This document shows positions 28,131 through 40,009 of a stretch of DNA of 64,000 bases, piece after piece (the stretch's first letter is position 1; the number at the start of each line of letters is the position of its first letter). Made by a program: the position numbers and the translations under genes. The notes beneath the pieces are model-generated. The model was not told the origin of the DNA, made no database searches, and saw only the letters and a list, made by a program, of their open reading frames with translations. Source of the stretch: Eledone cirrhosa (lineage: Eukaryota); the NCBI GenBank assembly GCA_964016885.1, contig OZ024741.1, positions 237,770,001 to 237,834,000 on the forward strand. The letters are read 5' to 3'.

Positions 28131-29741
28131 ATGCTGAGATGCTGAAGGCATCAGGGGATGTAGGCACTAAACTGGTTGCACGCATCATCAATCAGGCTAT
28201 ATATGGCGGTGTCATACCCAAAGACTGGTGCAGCAGTATTCTCATAAATTGCTACAAAGGTAAAGGGGATGCTCTGGAGAGGAGCAATTATAGGAGTATA
28301 AAACTGATGGATCAGGTTATGAAAGTGGCCGAGAGGATATTAGCACAACTAATTAGAGAAAGGGTCAAACTAGATGAGATGCAGTTTGGTTTTGTGCCTG
28401 GGAAAAGTACAACAGATGCCCTCTTCTTGGTGAGACAATTACAAGAGAGGTTCTTAGAGAAGAATAAGCCACTATACTTAGCTTTTGTTGACCTTTGATA
28501 GGGTACCCCGATCTGTCATCTGGTGGTCCCTAAGGAAACTAGGTGTTGAGGAATGGCTTGTGAGGACAGAGAAAACTTTTTACAGAAGTGCTGTCAGTAA
28601 AGTGAGGGTAGGAATGGAGTTTAGTGAGGAATTCCAGATACAAGTAGGAGTACATCAGGGCTTGATCCTCAGCCCGCTCTTGTTCATTATAGTCCTCCAA
28701 GCCTTAACAGAGGAGTTTAAGACTGGCTGTCCATGGGAACTTCTCTATGCTGACGATCTGGTTCTTATAGCAGAATCAGTAGAGGAGCTAGAGAATAAAT
28801 TCTGGCTATGGAAACAGCAGTTGGAATCAAGAGGTCTGAGAGTGAACCTAGCTAAGACAAAAGTGTTGATAAGTAGAAAAGAGGACAAAACTCTGATTCT
28901 GACAGGCAAATGGCCATGTTCGATATGCAGAAAAGGAACTGGCATAAATTCTATAAAATGCACACAATGCAGATCCTGGGTACACAAGAGATGTAGCGGG
29001 ATAGCAGGCAAACTAACAGGTAGGGAGAAATATGTATGCAGTAGATGTACAGGGAAATTAGACAGTAGAAGTCGCATTGATAGACACATTTTTCAAATGC
29101 AGACGGGTGCTATAGAAGTGGTGGATAGCTTCCGGTACCTAGGAGATCAGATTAGCATGGGAGGGGGGTGTTCTGAGGCCATAGTATCTAGAATAAGGAT
29201 GGGTTGGAAGAAGTTTAGGGAGCTTCTTCCTCTGCTGACGAAGAAGGGTTTCTCCCTGTGTACGAAAGGCCGGTTATATGATGCCTGTGTGAGGAGCGCG
29301 ATGCTGCATGGTAGTGAGACATGGGCAGCAACTGCAGAGGATATGCGACAGCTGGAGAGAAATGAAGCAAGCATGCTCTGTTGGATGTGCAGTGTAAATG
29401 TGCGTGAACGACCCATCATAAATGTGTTGAGAGAGAAACTGTGTCTGAGAGGGATAGAATGTAGTGTGTGAGAGAGGAGACTCAGGTGGTATGGACATAT
29501 GATGCGCATGGAGGATGACCGATGGGTGAAGAAGTGCCAGGAAATGCCAGTTGAAGGAAGACGTGGTAGAGGTAGACCATGGAAAACATGGGCGGAGGTG
29601 GTGAGAACAGACCTCAGATCGCTGAATCTCACAGTGGACATGACGAAGGACTGTGACAAGTGGAAAGATGCTGTGTAGGACCCATCCCACCTTTGCAAGC
29701 AGGGAAAAATGGATGTAAAATGATGATGATGATGATGATGA
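28131..29741 (+). mobile_element. 5'-truncated RTE-clade LINE (RT domain, PHD finger, 3' tail); best-preserved copy
   Basis: NYRSIKL, QFGFVPGKSTTDA, AFVDL, GVHQG..LSPLLF, YADD (28746), FRYLG, RRLRWYGH, GRGRP, (tga)n tail. One frameshift near 28495 and a stop at 29469. Confidence 0.92.
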
Positions 29742-29774
29742 TACATATGTACACACACACACATCCCAGCTCTA

Positions 29775-30602
29775 AAGCTCTTTGGACTTAAGATCAACCC
29801 TCATCTGGGACACGACATGCTGTGACATGTTCTCCTCCTCCAACTTAGTTGCTTTGGCCACAAGCCCTGGTATCACAGCCCACAATGGAGAGGATAGGAA
29901 GAAAAGCAAGTGTTGGGGTTTCTCTGGTTGTTTCCTCTTTGCACCAGTCGTCGTTGAGACCTCAGGCATTCTTGAACTCCATATAGCTGACCTTCTCCAT
30001 AAACTCAGAATGACAGTAGCCCGTCTGAGGAAGGAGCCCTGTGAGGTGGGGTGGCTGTTGTAGTGGGTGTCACTGGCCATTGTAATGTCAACAGCCTGTC
30101 TGAGGAAGAAGCCCTGTGAGGTGGGGTGGCTGTTGTAGTGGGTGTCACTGGCCATTGTAATGTCAGCAGCCTGTCTGAGGAAGGAGCCCTGTGAGGTGGG
30201 GTGGCTGTTGTAGTGGGTGTCACTGGCCATTGTAATGTCAGCAGCCCGTCTGAGGAAGGAGCCTTGTGAGGTGGGGTGGTTTTGAAGCAAGTGTTGTTGG
30301 CCATTGTCCACAGAAATGCCTTTGTCATTTTGTCCATGGGGCACAGCCAAAACACAGCTCTGACCTAGGTGTAGAGTCTGTCACCCTCTCCCCTTTCCTC
30401 TTTCTTTCTTCCATCGCCTAATAGTTCTTGTCCTTTCCCTCCTTTTCTTCTCATGGCATTTATAGCCCTTTACAATGCTACTTTCTTTTTCTGTATGTTT
30501 GACTAAATATTAAATTCTTTATTATTTTTATGTAGTTTTATCCTAAGAATATATTTGAGTATTTTGAAATAAAATAATATTTACATACAATAAAAAAAAA
30601 AA
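29775..30602 (+). mobile_element. 3' end of a CRE-like RLE non-LTR retrotransposon with an internal 75-bp tandem amplification
   Basis: LIWDTTC.D....E.RKKSK...F.PVVVETSG...EP.E..WL..SLAI matches the CRE-type restriction-like endonuclease C-terminus. Pyrimidine-rich 3'UTR, aataaa and oligo-A follow. 75-bp unit at 30019, 30094, 30169 and 30244. Confidence 0.7.
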
Positions 30603-30629
30603 TATATATATAAATGATAATAGCCACTG

Positions 30630-32215
30630 CTTTACAGAAGAAGACCATCTCTTCAATGTTGTGCTGAATGGCCATGAGCCTGCGAATGACTCCACAAACC
30701 TGCCTTGTTCTTGCATACCATTTTACAGGTGTGTTACATATGAGGCTCCAAGTTAGTCCTGAATCTGACTTCCTCCTTGTGTACTCTCATGTGTCACTTG
30801 AGATCAGACCTACAGGCTTTGTTGCAAAACTGACACAAATACACTGCAAGCCTATCAGGGAGGACTTGACCTCAGACTGCTGATTGCTGTGAGCTCTTAA
30901 ATGACTAGCAAGTCCAGCATGATAAAGAACAACCTTTCCGCAGATGCAACAGACATGCTTCGACTGGATATCCTCTGGGACTGAGTCTAAATCACCTTTC
31001 CCAAGTGCTCTTTTAAACACTGAATGTTCAATCCTTTTGACCTGAAACCAATCACAACCATCATAAACCAAACTTCTCCAACCAGATCTACTCTCTGCCA
31101 CATCTTCCCAATCCTCAACATTAATATCAAGAGTCTTCAGGTTGCCTTTCACAACATTCCTGAAACGTTTCTTGGGTCTATGTCTGGAGCGTTTATCAAG
31201 AGTTAACTTTCCATACCAAATTCGCTTAGGCAACCTCTCATCTCTCATCCATCTTAAATGCCTGGCTTAATGCACTTGGTTTCAAATGGCCCACATTTTT
31301 GGTGGAATCTTTCCAATATCTTGATATGGTGTCAGTATGTGGTTCAAGTCTCAGATGAGTACAAGTGAGCAGTCAGGACACAGGAGTGCCAGACACTTAT
31401 CTTAGTGCCAAACAAGATACCTCTGTCCAACTAGACCTGTACCTACAACATACTGAATGCTTCACTGGCTTTTTTTATCCTTAGTTTGATTTTGGAATCC
31501 AATGAGCCATCTCTGAAGAGAGTACTACCAAGGTAGACAAATGTATGAACAACCTTCAGCCTCTAACCCTGAACAAAGATGTTGGGCTGGGCGTAATGTT
31601 GCTCAGGAGGTTGTGTGTACACGACCTAGTCTTTATGTGTTGATAGTAAGCCCAAAATGGTGCATGCCCCAGAAAACTGGACCATGATTGCCTGCATGTC
31701 CTCTTCAGTATCAGCAATAAGGTCTACATTGTCAGCATAGAGCAACTCCCTGATGATAGACTAGAAAGTCTTTGATTTGGCCCTAAAGCATGTCAAGTTA
31801 AAACCTTACCCATGGTCCTGAAATGCAGATACACACCGACATTGCAGTTCTGAAATGCATACATGAGTCACAGAAAGAAGATAGAGAACAGAGTTGGTGG
31901 TGGGATGTCCCTTTGCTTAACTCCATTGTTGATGGCTATGGGTTTAGACAGAGAACCATTGAATTTTAACCTCCTTTTCATATCTTGATGTAGCTGTTTG
32001 AACAGTCTCATGAAAACCCAGAGGGCATCTCACCTTACCAAGAATGGTCCACAAAGCTTCCTAATTCATGGAATCAAAAGCATTAATGAGGTCAACAAAA
32101 ACCTGTTATAAAGCCATGCGATGTTCTAAACATTTTTCCTGCAGCTGGTGAGCTGAGAAGATAATGTCCATTGTGCCCCTCCCTGACCTAAAGCCACATT
32201 GTGTCTCCAGAATAT
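30630..32215 (-). mobile_element. Degenerate BovB-like RTE LINE
   Basis: Minus strand: QCGFRSGRGTMDIIFS, ELLYADN, FVYLGS, RLPKRIWYG.L...R..PKKRF, and a C2H2 finger CCICGK...LASHLRAH. Confidence 0.85.
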
Positions 32216-32644
32216 ATATTGGCAGTAGCACTAAGATAGCATTAAGCATAATAGTGAGGGGTGTATATGAAAGCATATAGAATAAACATATGGTAGCCTC
32301 GCTATCAAAGAGTAATATTTTTTTCCTTCTGAAAAAATTATTTGTCTCTTTTGTTCTGTGAACACATCATGGAATGTTAGTAGAAGTTGAAAATGCCAGA
32401 CAGCGCTATTTCAAGATTTATTAATCTCTCATCAGTGATATTCACTTAACTGACACTGGCATGGAAAGAGTCTATATAGATTTTACGTGATGAACATATA
32501 TACATATATATATAAACATATATACACATGTATACACATGCATATAAAGAAATGAGCTTCCAAAATGCTATAAGTAATGATTCATGGATACATATGCTCT
32601 CTATATATAATATTATATACATACCTCAAAATAATATATTTATG

Positions 32645-32710
<66 letters not shown>

Positions 32711-32874
32711 GTGTATATGTATATATATTTATATATATATATATGTTATATATATATATGTTATATATATATATACACATATATATATATGTTTATTACT
32801 CTAAGATGTAATTTATCGATATCTTCTTATTGAATGCTTCGTGCAATCTCCGAATATTGTTTTTTTTGTGGGTG

Positions 32875-32947
32875 CTGGCCAACCGCTGCAAACAGGAAGC
32901 TGAAAGAGTGGGTGATCCTTTCAGCTTTCTGTTTACACTAAAGCCAG
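32875..32947 (-). ncRNA. Pre-miRNA-like hairpin (candidate)
   Basis: 21-bp stem tgtaaacagaaagctgaaagg / tctttcagcttcctgtttgca with G:U pairs, one mismatch and a ~9-nt loop, plus a basal ctggc/gccag helix. Unique sequence within the window. Confidence 0.4.
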
Positions 32948-33608
32948 TCTTTGAGTGTCCCAAACACATTCCAATACATGCCCACGCGTGCCCCTACACA
33001 CACACACAAATCTTTATATGTTCGCATGCACACGCAAGCACGCACATGAATATCTGTGAATACACACCCGCATAGCTGCCCCATCAATTACACCACAAAA
33101 CACACAAAAAAATTGGCCCAATGTTTATATATATATACCTTCTCATCTTACACACCACAACAAAAATATATATATAAAATTAAGGACATTTATATAAATC
33201 TAAGGTAAAAGACTAATTGTCAACAATATCTTTTGCATTTTCATTCTTTATTCTATGTCCATACCTGCATTGTTTTGGCTTTATTATACATATTCAAACG
33301 TTTTTATATCTCATTACACAATGCTTCAAGTGAACTATAACCTCCTCCAAAAATATATATATTTTTTGTCACTTCGCCAGTCTGAGGAGCAGATCAATAG
33401 TGGAGTTGGGTTCATAACTCCCATGAGTTACCTTGAGCCAATCCTCTGTGAAATGCGCGTAACAGGTTGATACACAATAAATATTTTTTATATGTAAACG
33501 AAACTTCCTCATTTTTTTCTATTATATACACTCCACATGTGCAGAGAGTGCTTGATTTGGTAACTCACTGTATTAACCATGCTATATATATATATTTATA
33601 TATATATA

Positions 33609-33790
33609 TGGTAGAGGTAGACCACGAAAAACATGGGCGGAGGTGGTGAGAACAGACCTCAGATCATTGAAGCTCACGGTGGAGATGACGAGGGGCCGTG
33701 ACGAGTGGAGAGATGCTGTGCTGAATAAGACCCGTCCCACCCTTGCAAGCAGGGAAAAGTGGACGTAAAATGATGATGATGATGATGATA
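33609..33790 (+). mobile_element. RTE LINE 3' terminus
   Basis: Close match to 29565-29741, including the (tga)n tail. Confidence 0.85.
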
Positions 33791-33849
33791 TATCATCATC
33801 ATCGTCATCATCATCATCGTTTAACATCCATCTTCCACGCTAGCATGTG

Positions 33850-33903
<54 letters not shown>

Positions 33904-34086
33904 TACACACACATATATATATATATTAAGAAGTTTTTTCCTCACAATCAATAATTCTTTTAACTCTAACAGGAAATTGATATTGGAAGAAGAAAGGAGT
34001 TTTTTTTCCCCCGGACAGACTATATGGTATATTAAAGAGTATGTTAGTGTGTTTATATCTTTATATGTTAGTGTGTATGTTTTAGC

Positions 34087-34375
34087 ATGTTAGTGTGTAT
34101 ATCTCTTTACATGTTAGTGTGTATATCTCATTACATGTTAGTGTGTATATCTCTTTACATGTTAGTGTGTATATCTCTTTACATGTTAGTGTGTATATCT
34201 CTTTACATGTTAGTGTGTATATCTCTTTACATGTTAGTGTGTATATCTCTTTACATGTTAGTGTGTATATCTCTTTACATGTTAGTGTGTATATCTCTTT
34301 ACATGTTAGTGTGTATATCTCTTTACATGTTAGTGTGTATATCTCATTACATGTTAGTGCATATATCTCATTACA
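34087..34375. repeat. 24-bp tandem repeat (catgttagtgtgtatatctcttta) x12
   Basis: Near-perfect units, directly visible. Confidence 0.95.
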
Positions 34376-34856
34376 TTTTTGTGTTTAGTTCAAATGTGAG
34401 TGTGTATATGTTAGTATATTAGTATAACAACACAGCACCCTGATCTTATAACATGGTCTGGGTTATTGAAGGAAAATACATAAAATATGAAGAACTAAAT
34501 AAATATAGAACACTTTAAAATAATATTATATAAAACTAAGGAAGTAACAGAAAAGGAAAGTATTTTCTTGGGATGTAAATATATTTAGATGTAATGGAAC
34601 TTATAAGGAAGATGTATTGTACAGACTCTTTTAGAGAGAGACACAGATTAAGTAAGTGTGTTAAGAAATTAGTCACTAACCTGCTAACTCACAAGCAATT
34701 GTTGAAATTTGTTAGTTAGCAGCTGTGGCTCAAATATCTGATGTCAAATGAAAGAGAGGACTGTTTTGGGTCACTTTCCAGAAGTAGCAAATTGTGTAAG
34801 GATACAAAAATATTGTGTAGTTTTGTAAAACACTAACAAAGCACAATTTTACTACA

Positions 34857-35904
34857 GATGGTGGTGGTGATGGTGTTGGTGGTAGTAGTGTGGTGGCGGT
34901 GGTTGTGGTGTGGGTGATGGTGGTGGTGTGGGGGTGCAGGTGATGGTGGTGGTGTGGAGGTGCCGGTGGTGGTGTTGGTGGTAGTAGTGTGGCGTGGTGG
35001 TGTGGCGGTGGTGATGTTTGTGGTACTGGTGTGGTGGTGGGGATGGTGTTGGTGGTGTGGTGGTGGTGGTGGTGGTGGTGTGGTGGTGGTATTGGTGGTA
35101 GTAGTGTGGTGTGGTGGTGATATTATTGGTGGTAATAGTGTGGTATGGTGGTGGGGGTGTTGGTGATGGTATTGGTGGTAGTAGTGTGATGTGGTGGTAG
35201 TGGTATGGTGGTGTGGTAATGCTGTGGTGGTAGTGGTGTGGTAGTGGTAGTGGTGTGGGTGTGGGGTGATGTGGGGGTGGGGTGATGATGTTGGTGTGGT
35301 GGTAGTGGTGTGGTGGTGATGGTGTTTGTGGTAGTGGTATGGTGGTGGTGGTGTGGGGGTGGGGGTGGTGTGGGGAGTGGGGTGATGCTGTTGGTTGTAG
35401 TAGTGTGGTGTGGTGGTGGTGGTAGTGTGGTGTGGTGTGGTGGTGGTGTGAGGTGTGGGGCTGGGGGTGGGGTGATGTTGGTGGTAGTAGTGTGGTGTGG
35501 TGGGGGGTGGTAGTGTGGTGGTAATGATGTTAGTGATAGTGATGGTAGTGATGTTGGTGGTGTAATGGTGGTGATAGTGTTGTTGGTGGTGTTGATACTA
35601 AGAGGATGGTATTAGTAGTGATGGTGATATTGCTGTTGCTTATGATGATAGTGGTAGTGGTGTTTGTGGTGGTGATGATAGTTAGTTAGAAGTAGTGTTT
35701 CTTGTGGTGGTAGTGATGATGGTAATGGTCTTGATGGTGGTGGTATTGATGGTGGTGGAGGAGGGGATATTGCATGTGTTTGATAATGTTAATGGTGTGG
35801 ATGATGCTGAAGACGATGATTGTGATGATGATGATGTTGGCAATGATGGTGATGAAAATGATGATGGTGATGAAAATGATGAGGGTGATGATGACGACGA
35901 CCAC

Positions 35905-35950
<46 letters not shown>

Positions 35951-35990
35951 GTGGTTATGATGATGATTATGATTGTGATGATGATGGTAA
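34857..35990. repeat. G/T-rich low-complexity tract, (GGT)n grading into (GAT)n
   Basis: Directly visible. Confidence 0.9.
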
Positions 35991-36224
35991 AAGGGTGAAA
36001 AATCAACAAACTTTTGAAAAGTGGGCCAAAAAGGAAGTGTTGATGAGGATGATGCCAAACCTCAAACAGTTATATTAATTAAGAAGAATCTAGAAGTAAT
36101 GTCTTGCATTTCCATATCCCCCCCACCCACTTCAACCTACCCACACATCTTTGCCTTTTCTTTGTTTTTTCCTATTTATTTTATATTTAGCTTTCCAATA
36201 AATACACATACATATATAAATAAA

Positions 36225-36442
36225 TAGTGTCGAATTTTGTTACAAGGCCAGTAATTTCTTTGGGGGGAAGAGGAAAGTCAATCATATTGACCCCAGTTCA
36301 TGACTAGTACTTTATTTTATCAACCTTGGAAGGATGTAAGGCAAAGTTGACCTAGGTGATTTGAACTCAGAACATAAGAAAGTTGTAATTAAATACTGCA
36401 AAGTATTTTTGTCTGATGCTCTACTGTTACTGCCAATCCCTC
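36225..36442 (-). mobile_element. Family-A SINE, older subfamily
   Basis: Reverse core (gtactttattttatcaacc...ggatg.aaggcaaag), gatttgaactc, tactgccaatcc. Confidence 0.75.
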
Positions 36443-36959
36443 ACACTAACAACAACAACAATAACAACAACAGCATGGGCCCCTCTAGTTGAAGAAGGAA
36501 GACAGCGAATTAGATTTTAGAGAAAACAAACTGAAAATGGTGGACAGGCATCTGTCGAAGGCTCTGAAATATACTTTCCTGTAGAGAAAACAAGCAAAAG
36601 AAAATATATCGAAAAAGTAGAAGGGTGAAGACAGGAAACAGACCTCAATTGTAGGGACCCCAAATAAAAATTGAGAAAGAGAAAGAGAGAGAAAGTGAGG
36701 GGAGAAAAAAAGATCGCTAAGCAATAGTTCTTTAGTCACTACATTTTGTGGTGCTTGTCATTAATCGTCAATCAACTGCAGTTTTTTTTTAATTTTTGAC
36801 ATCCTGAGTGACATATATATATATATAGGTTCTATACAAAACAGTGGATATAGAGAAAAGGTGAAGTTGGAAATAGCATGGAAAATATATTTTAGGGTCT
36901 GTTTTTCTTTTTTTTATCCTTTCTTTGATTTGTCAAAGTGACATTAGTGAAAAGATGAT

Positions 36960-37146
36960 GTGGATTGGCAGTATCGGTAGAGGGTCAGACGCCATGCTTT
37001 CCAGCATAGTTACGCCCCTTTACAATCTGAGTTCAAATCCCGCCGAGGTTGACTTTGTCTTTCATCCTTACGGGGTCGATAAAATAAAGTACCAGTAATG
37101 CACTGGGTAATTGCTGGCCTTGTGCCAAAAGTAGAAACAATTATTA
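36960..37146 (+). mobile_element. Family-A SINE, young full-length copy
   Basis: Near-identical to 49808-49995 (-), 57400-57590 and 60293-60483. Confidence 0.9.
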
Positions 37147-37556
37147 AAATTCATCTTATCAAATGTTGAGTATTAAAATAAAAAATTAAGAATTAATAGG
37201 AGTTAAAAACTAAAAATTAAAGATTTAAAATTAAAATTAAGTGTTGGAGTAAGTATTTTTCCCCATCTTTCTTGCTCAAAATTTGGCTGGAGAATGAGTT
37301 CTTGTTAATAGGAAGAGGTGGTAGTGAAGGTAGCTCAGTAGTTTCTTCACAGAACAAAGTTGTTTTTGTTTGGGGGACAGTGGGGTGTGTGGTGGCAAAG
37401 GAAACATCCTGTAAATATGTGTGTGTATATCTAATTGTGTTAATTGACTGATCAAGAGTTCAAAAGGGGATGGGGAATTGTAAGCTAGAGGCAAATTCTA
37501 TGGCAGCAGAGAAATTCTATTATTGGAATATGGTTTTAGGGAGAGTGTGTATATAT

Positions 37557-39340
37557 ATATAGTGTGAGGTTGTATATATAACAATACACACATGAGTGTG
37601 TGTGTGTTTTTCAGCCTGTCTGTCACAAGTCCCTTTGTGGTGGGAAATTAAAAATCTTTTCCCAAAAATTCAGAAAATTCTCAAAAACTAAAAATTATTT
37701 TGTGGTGTGTGTGGGGGATCTAATGGAGGTGATTACATATTAAGTTTTAAATTTGTTAATAAATAGTTTTCCCTTATTTATTCTTTGTTGTTGAGTGAAA
37801 GAATCGGAACACTTGTAAAGGGGGAAGATTTTAAAGTTGGGTAGAGTCATTCCTGCACAATCTGCAATATGGCTACTTAAGGGGATTTTCCTAAGTTGGC
37901 ATATGTGGGGGCTACCTGGTATTTTTGTTCATTGGAGGTGGCTCTTAATTTTAAGAGTTCTATTTCCATATTCATTTTGTTGAGTGACATTTGTTCTCGT
38001 AGTTTCCGTTGTTGTTCAGGTTCATTAGTTACAAAATAATTTCTTACTTTCAACATACCGACAAATCTCAGGGACTGCAATGGGCACAAAGGTAGCCCCC
38101 ACATACCCAACTTAGTCATGGGATTCCACAAACAACAAATCTACAACCAATCCCTTCTATTATTCGGAGACTCTTCCCTTACACATCTCAAAAATAATTG
38201 GAAGAGATACCTAAACGATTGCTTCATACTATGGCAGGAAGACCTGAATACACTCACTCTTTTCAAAAATATAATAAACAACATTAATAATAATATACAA
38301 TTCACAATGGAATCCAACTCCAAGGAATTAGCCTTCTTGGATATTCTCATTCTAAAAACAGACTCCAAACAGTATCTCCTATTCACATAAAATCACCCAA
38401 AACATACAAAACTTAACATTCCTTTTAATTTAGCCAAACTTATATGCATCATAGTATCGGACCCAGTTAAACGGGAACAAAAACTAAATGAACTTAAAAA
38501 CACGCTTACCTTAAGTGCCTTCTCACTTGACATAATTAATAACGGAATAGACAAAGCAAAACACGCAAATTTCCATCAACCCAACAACCCAAAGCACAGA
38601 ACCACAAACATTACCTTACCATATGTATCCACATTCAACCCCAGAAACACCGAAATGTTCGACCGCCTACACAAAAACCTCCCCATTCGATTTAAAGATG
38701 AAAAAATGAACAAAATTCTAGAAACACACAAGATCATTAAAAGCAAAAGGTAACCAAAATCAGTAAAACACATTCTCGCTGGAACAAAGATACACAAATC
38801 TATCTCCAACCTTACGGTAACAAAATGCAGAAGAACAAACTGTGGAACATGCCTATACTTAACTGAAGGACATAAATTAACGTTTAAAGATGGCCAAACT
38901 TTCACAGTGAAAAACAACTTCACTTGCAACTCGGAGAACCTGATCTATTTAATCACATGCGGTGGCTGTCAACATAACTATATAGGACAGACGGTGGTAT
39001 CATTACGCAAAAGAATGACCATCGATCGCCAAGACATAAACACAAGGAAAATCCCCTTAAGTATCCACATTGCAGATTGTGCAGGAATGACTCAGTATTT
39101 TTTAAATTTTGACTCAGTATTTTTAAATTTTGAAAATAAGTTTTGAATTTTGAAGATTTTTTAAAATTTCCCACCACAAAGGGACATGTGGCAGACAGAC
39201 TGAAAAACACACACACACTCATGTGTGTATTGTTATATATACATCCTCACACTATATGTATCCACATTCAACCCCAGAAACACCGAAATGTTCGACCGCC
39301 TACACAAAAACCTCCCCATTCGATTTAAAGATGAAAAAGA
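37557..39340 (+). mobile_element. Rearranged Penelope-like element (RT + GIY-YIG) with an inverted copy of its 3' end on the left
   Basis: GTAMGTKVAPTY.NLVMG, WKRYLNDCFILW, IQFTME..LAFLDI, C..C and FTCNSENLIYLITCGGCQHNYIGQT. 37557-37890 is an inverted copy of the endonuclease C-terminus and 3'UTR (cf. 39045-39257). Confidence 0.88.
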
Positions 39341-39636
39341 TGCCAAAGTGATGGCAAAGTGATGGCAACTCGATCTGCTAATGACCATCCTTTCTTTCTT
39401 TTTTTTCTCTTTTTTTCTTCTTTCTTTCTTTCTTTCTTCCCCTTTTTTATTCTTTGACGGAGAGGTGGTAGTACATTATAAGCCTTCACCCCCTCACCAG
39501 ATGGTCATTAGCTGATCGAGTTGCCATCACTTTGAGGGCGACTGGCCGAGGTGAAGACGGCTAGTTGGTCAGTCGTCCTCTCTGTCTCTGATTTTTCAGA
39601 CCCATGGTTTTTACATATTCCTTTGTTATATTTTGG

Positions 39637-39694
39637 ATACCTGATGATATCACCGGATTCATATGGAACCTGGTCATTGAAATGATCATAGTAT
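39637..39694 (+). ncRNA. Minimal type I hammerhead ribozyme motif (Penelope pLTR type)
   Basis: Stem I atac/gtat, CUGAUGA (39641-47), stem II (39648-78), GAAA (39679-82), stem III with palindromic UGAUCA, AUA cleavage triplet ending at 39690, then AATAAA. Confidence 0.65.
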
Positions 39695-40009
39695 AATAAA
39701 CCTTTCAAGGATTTACACCAGTCCGGCCTCCTGTTATTTTTATTTATAATTAACTCCATATTCGCACCACCAACTACACAAACGAAGACGGGTGAACTGC
39801 ACTACGTTGAGTACTCTCCACAATATTACACCAAGATTGACCATACGGAATGACCAATTCTATCCATTGGTGAACCAACAAACCTAAAGAAATATATATA
39901 TATTTTGACGTTATAGTCACTTATATATTATGAAATACTGTTGGCTCCTTGCTCACAATAATTTCTATACTTTTCATTTATATATAAATAGATATATAGA
40001 TATATAAGT

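Noticed and set aside
29772-30355. 192-aa minus-strand ORF with 25-aa repeats
   Set aside because: Antisense reading of the CRE-like fragment and its 75-bp array.
32916-32937. Resemblance of the hairpin arm to vertebrate miR-30 (UGUAAACA seed)
   Set aside because: Only the first 8 nt match and miR-30 is not known from molluscs; treated as coincidence.
34087-34375. Regular 24-bp repeats resembling a CRISPR array
   Set aside because: Units are contiguous with no unique spacers, there are no cas genes, and the context is eukaryotic. The same applies to the 18-, 36- and 75-bp arrays.
35686-36078. Poly-Asp / poly-His ORFs
   Set aside because: (GAT)n low-complexity tract.
36960-37050. A/B boxes suggesting tRNA genes
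   Set aside because: These are SINE heads followed by a shared core and tail; no complete cloverleaf is evident.
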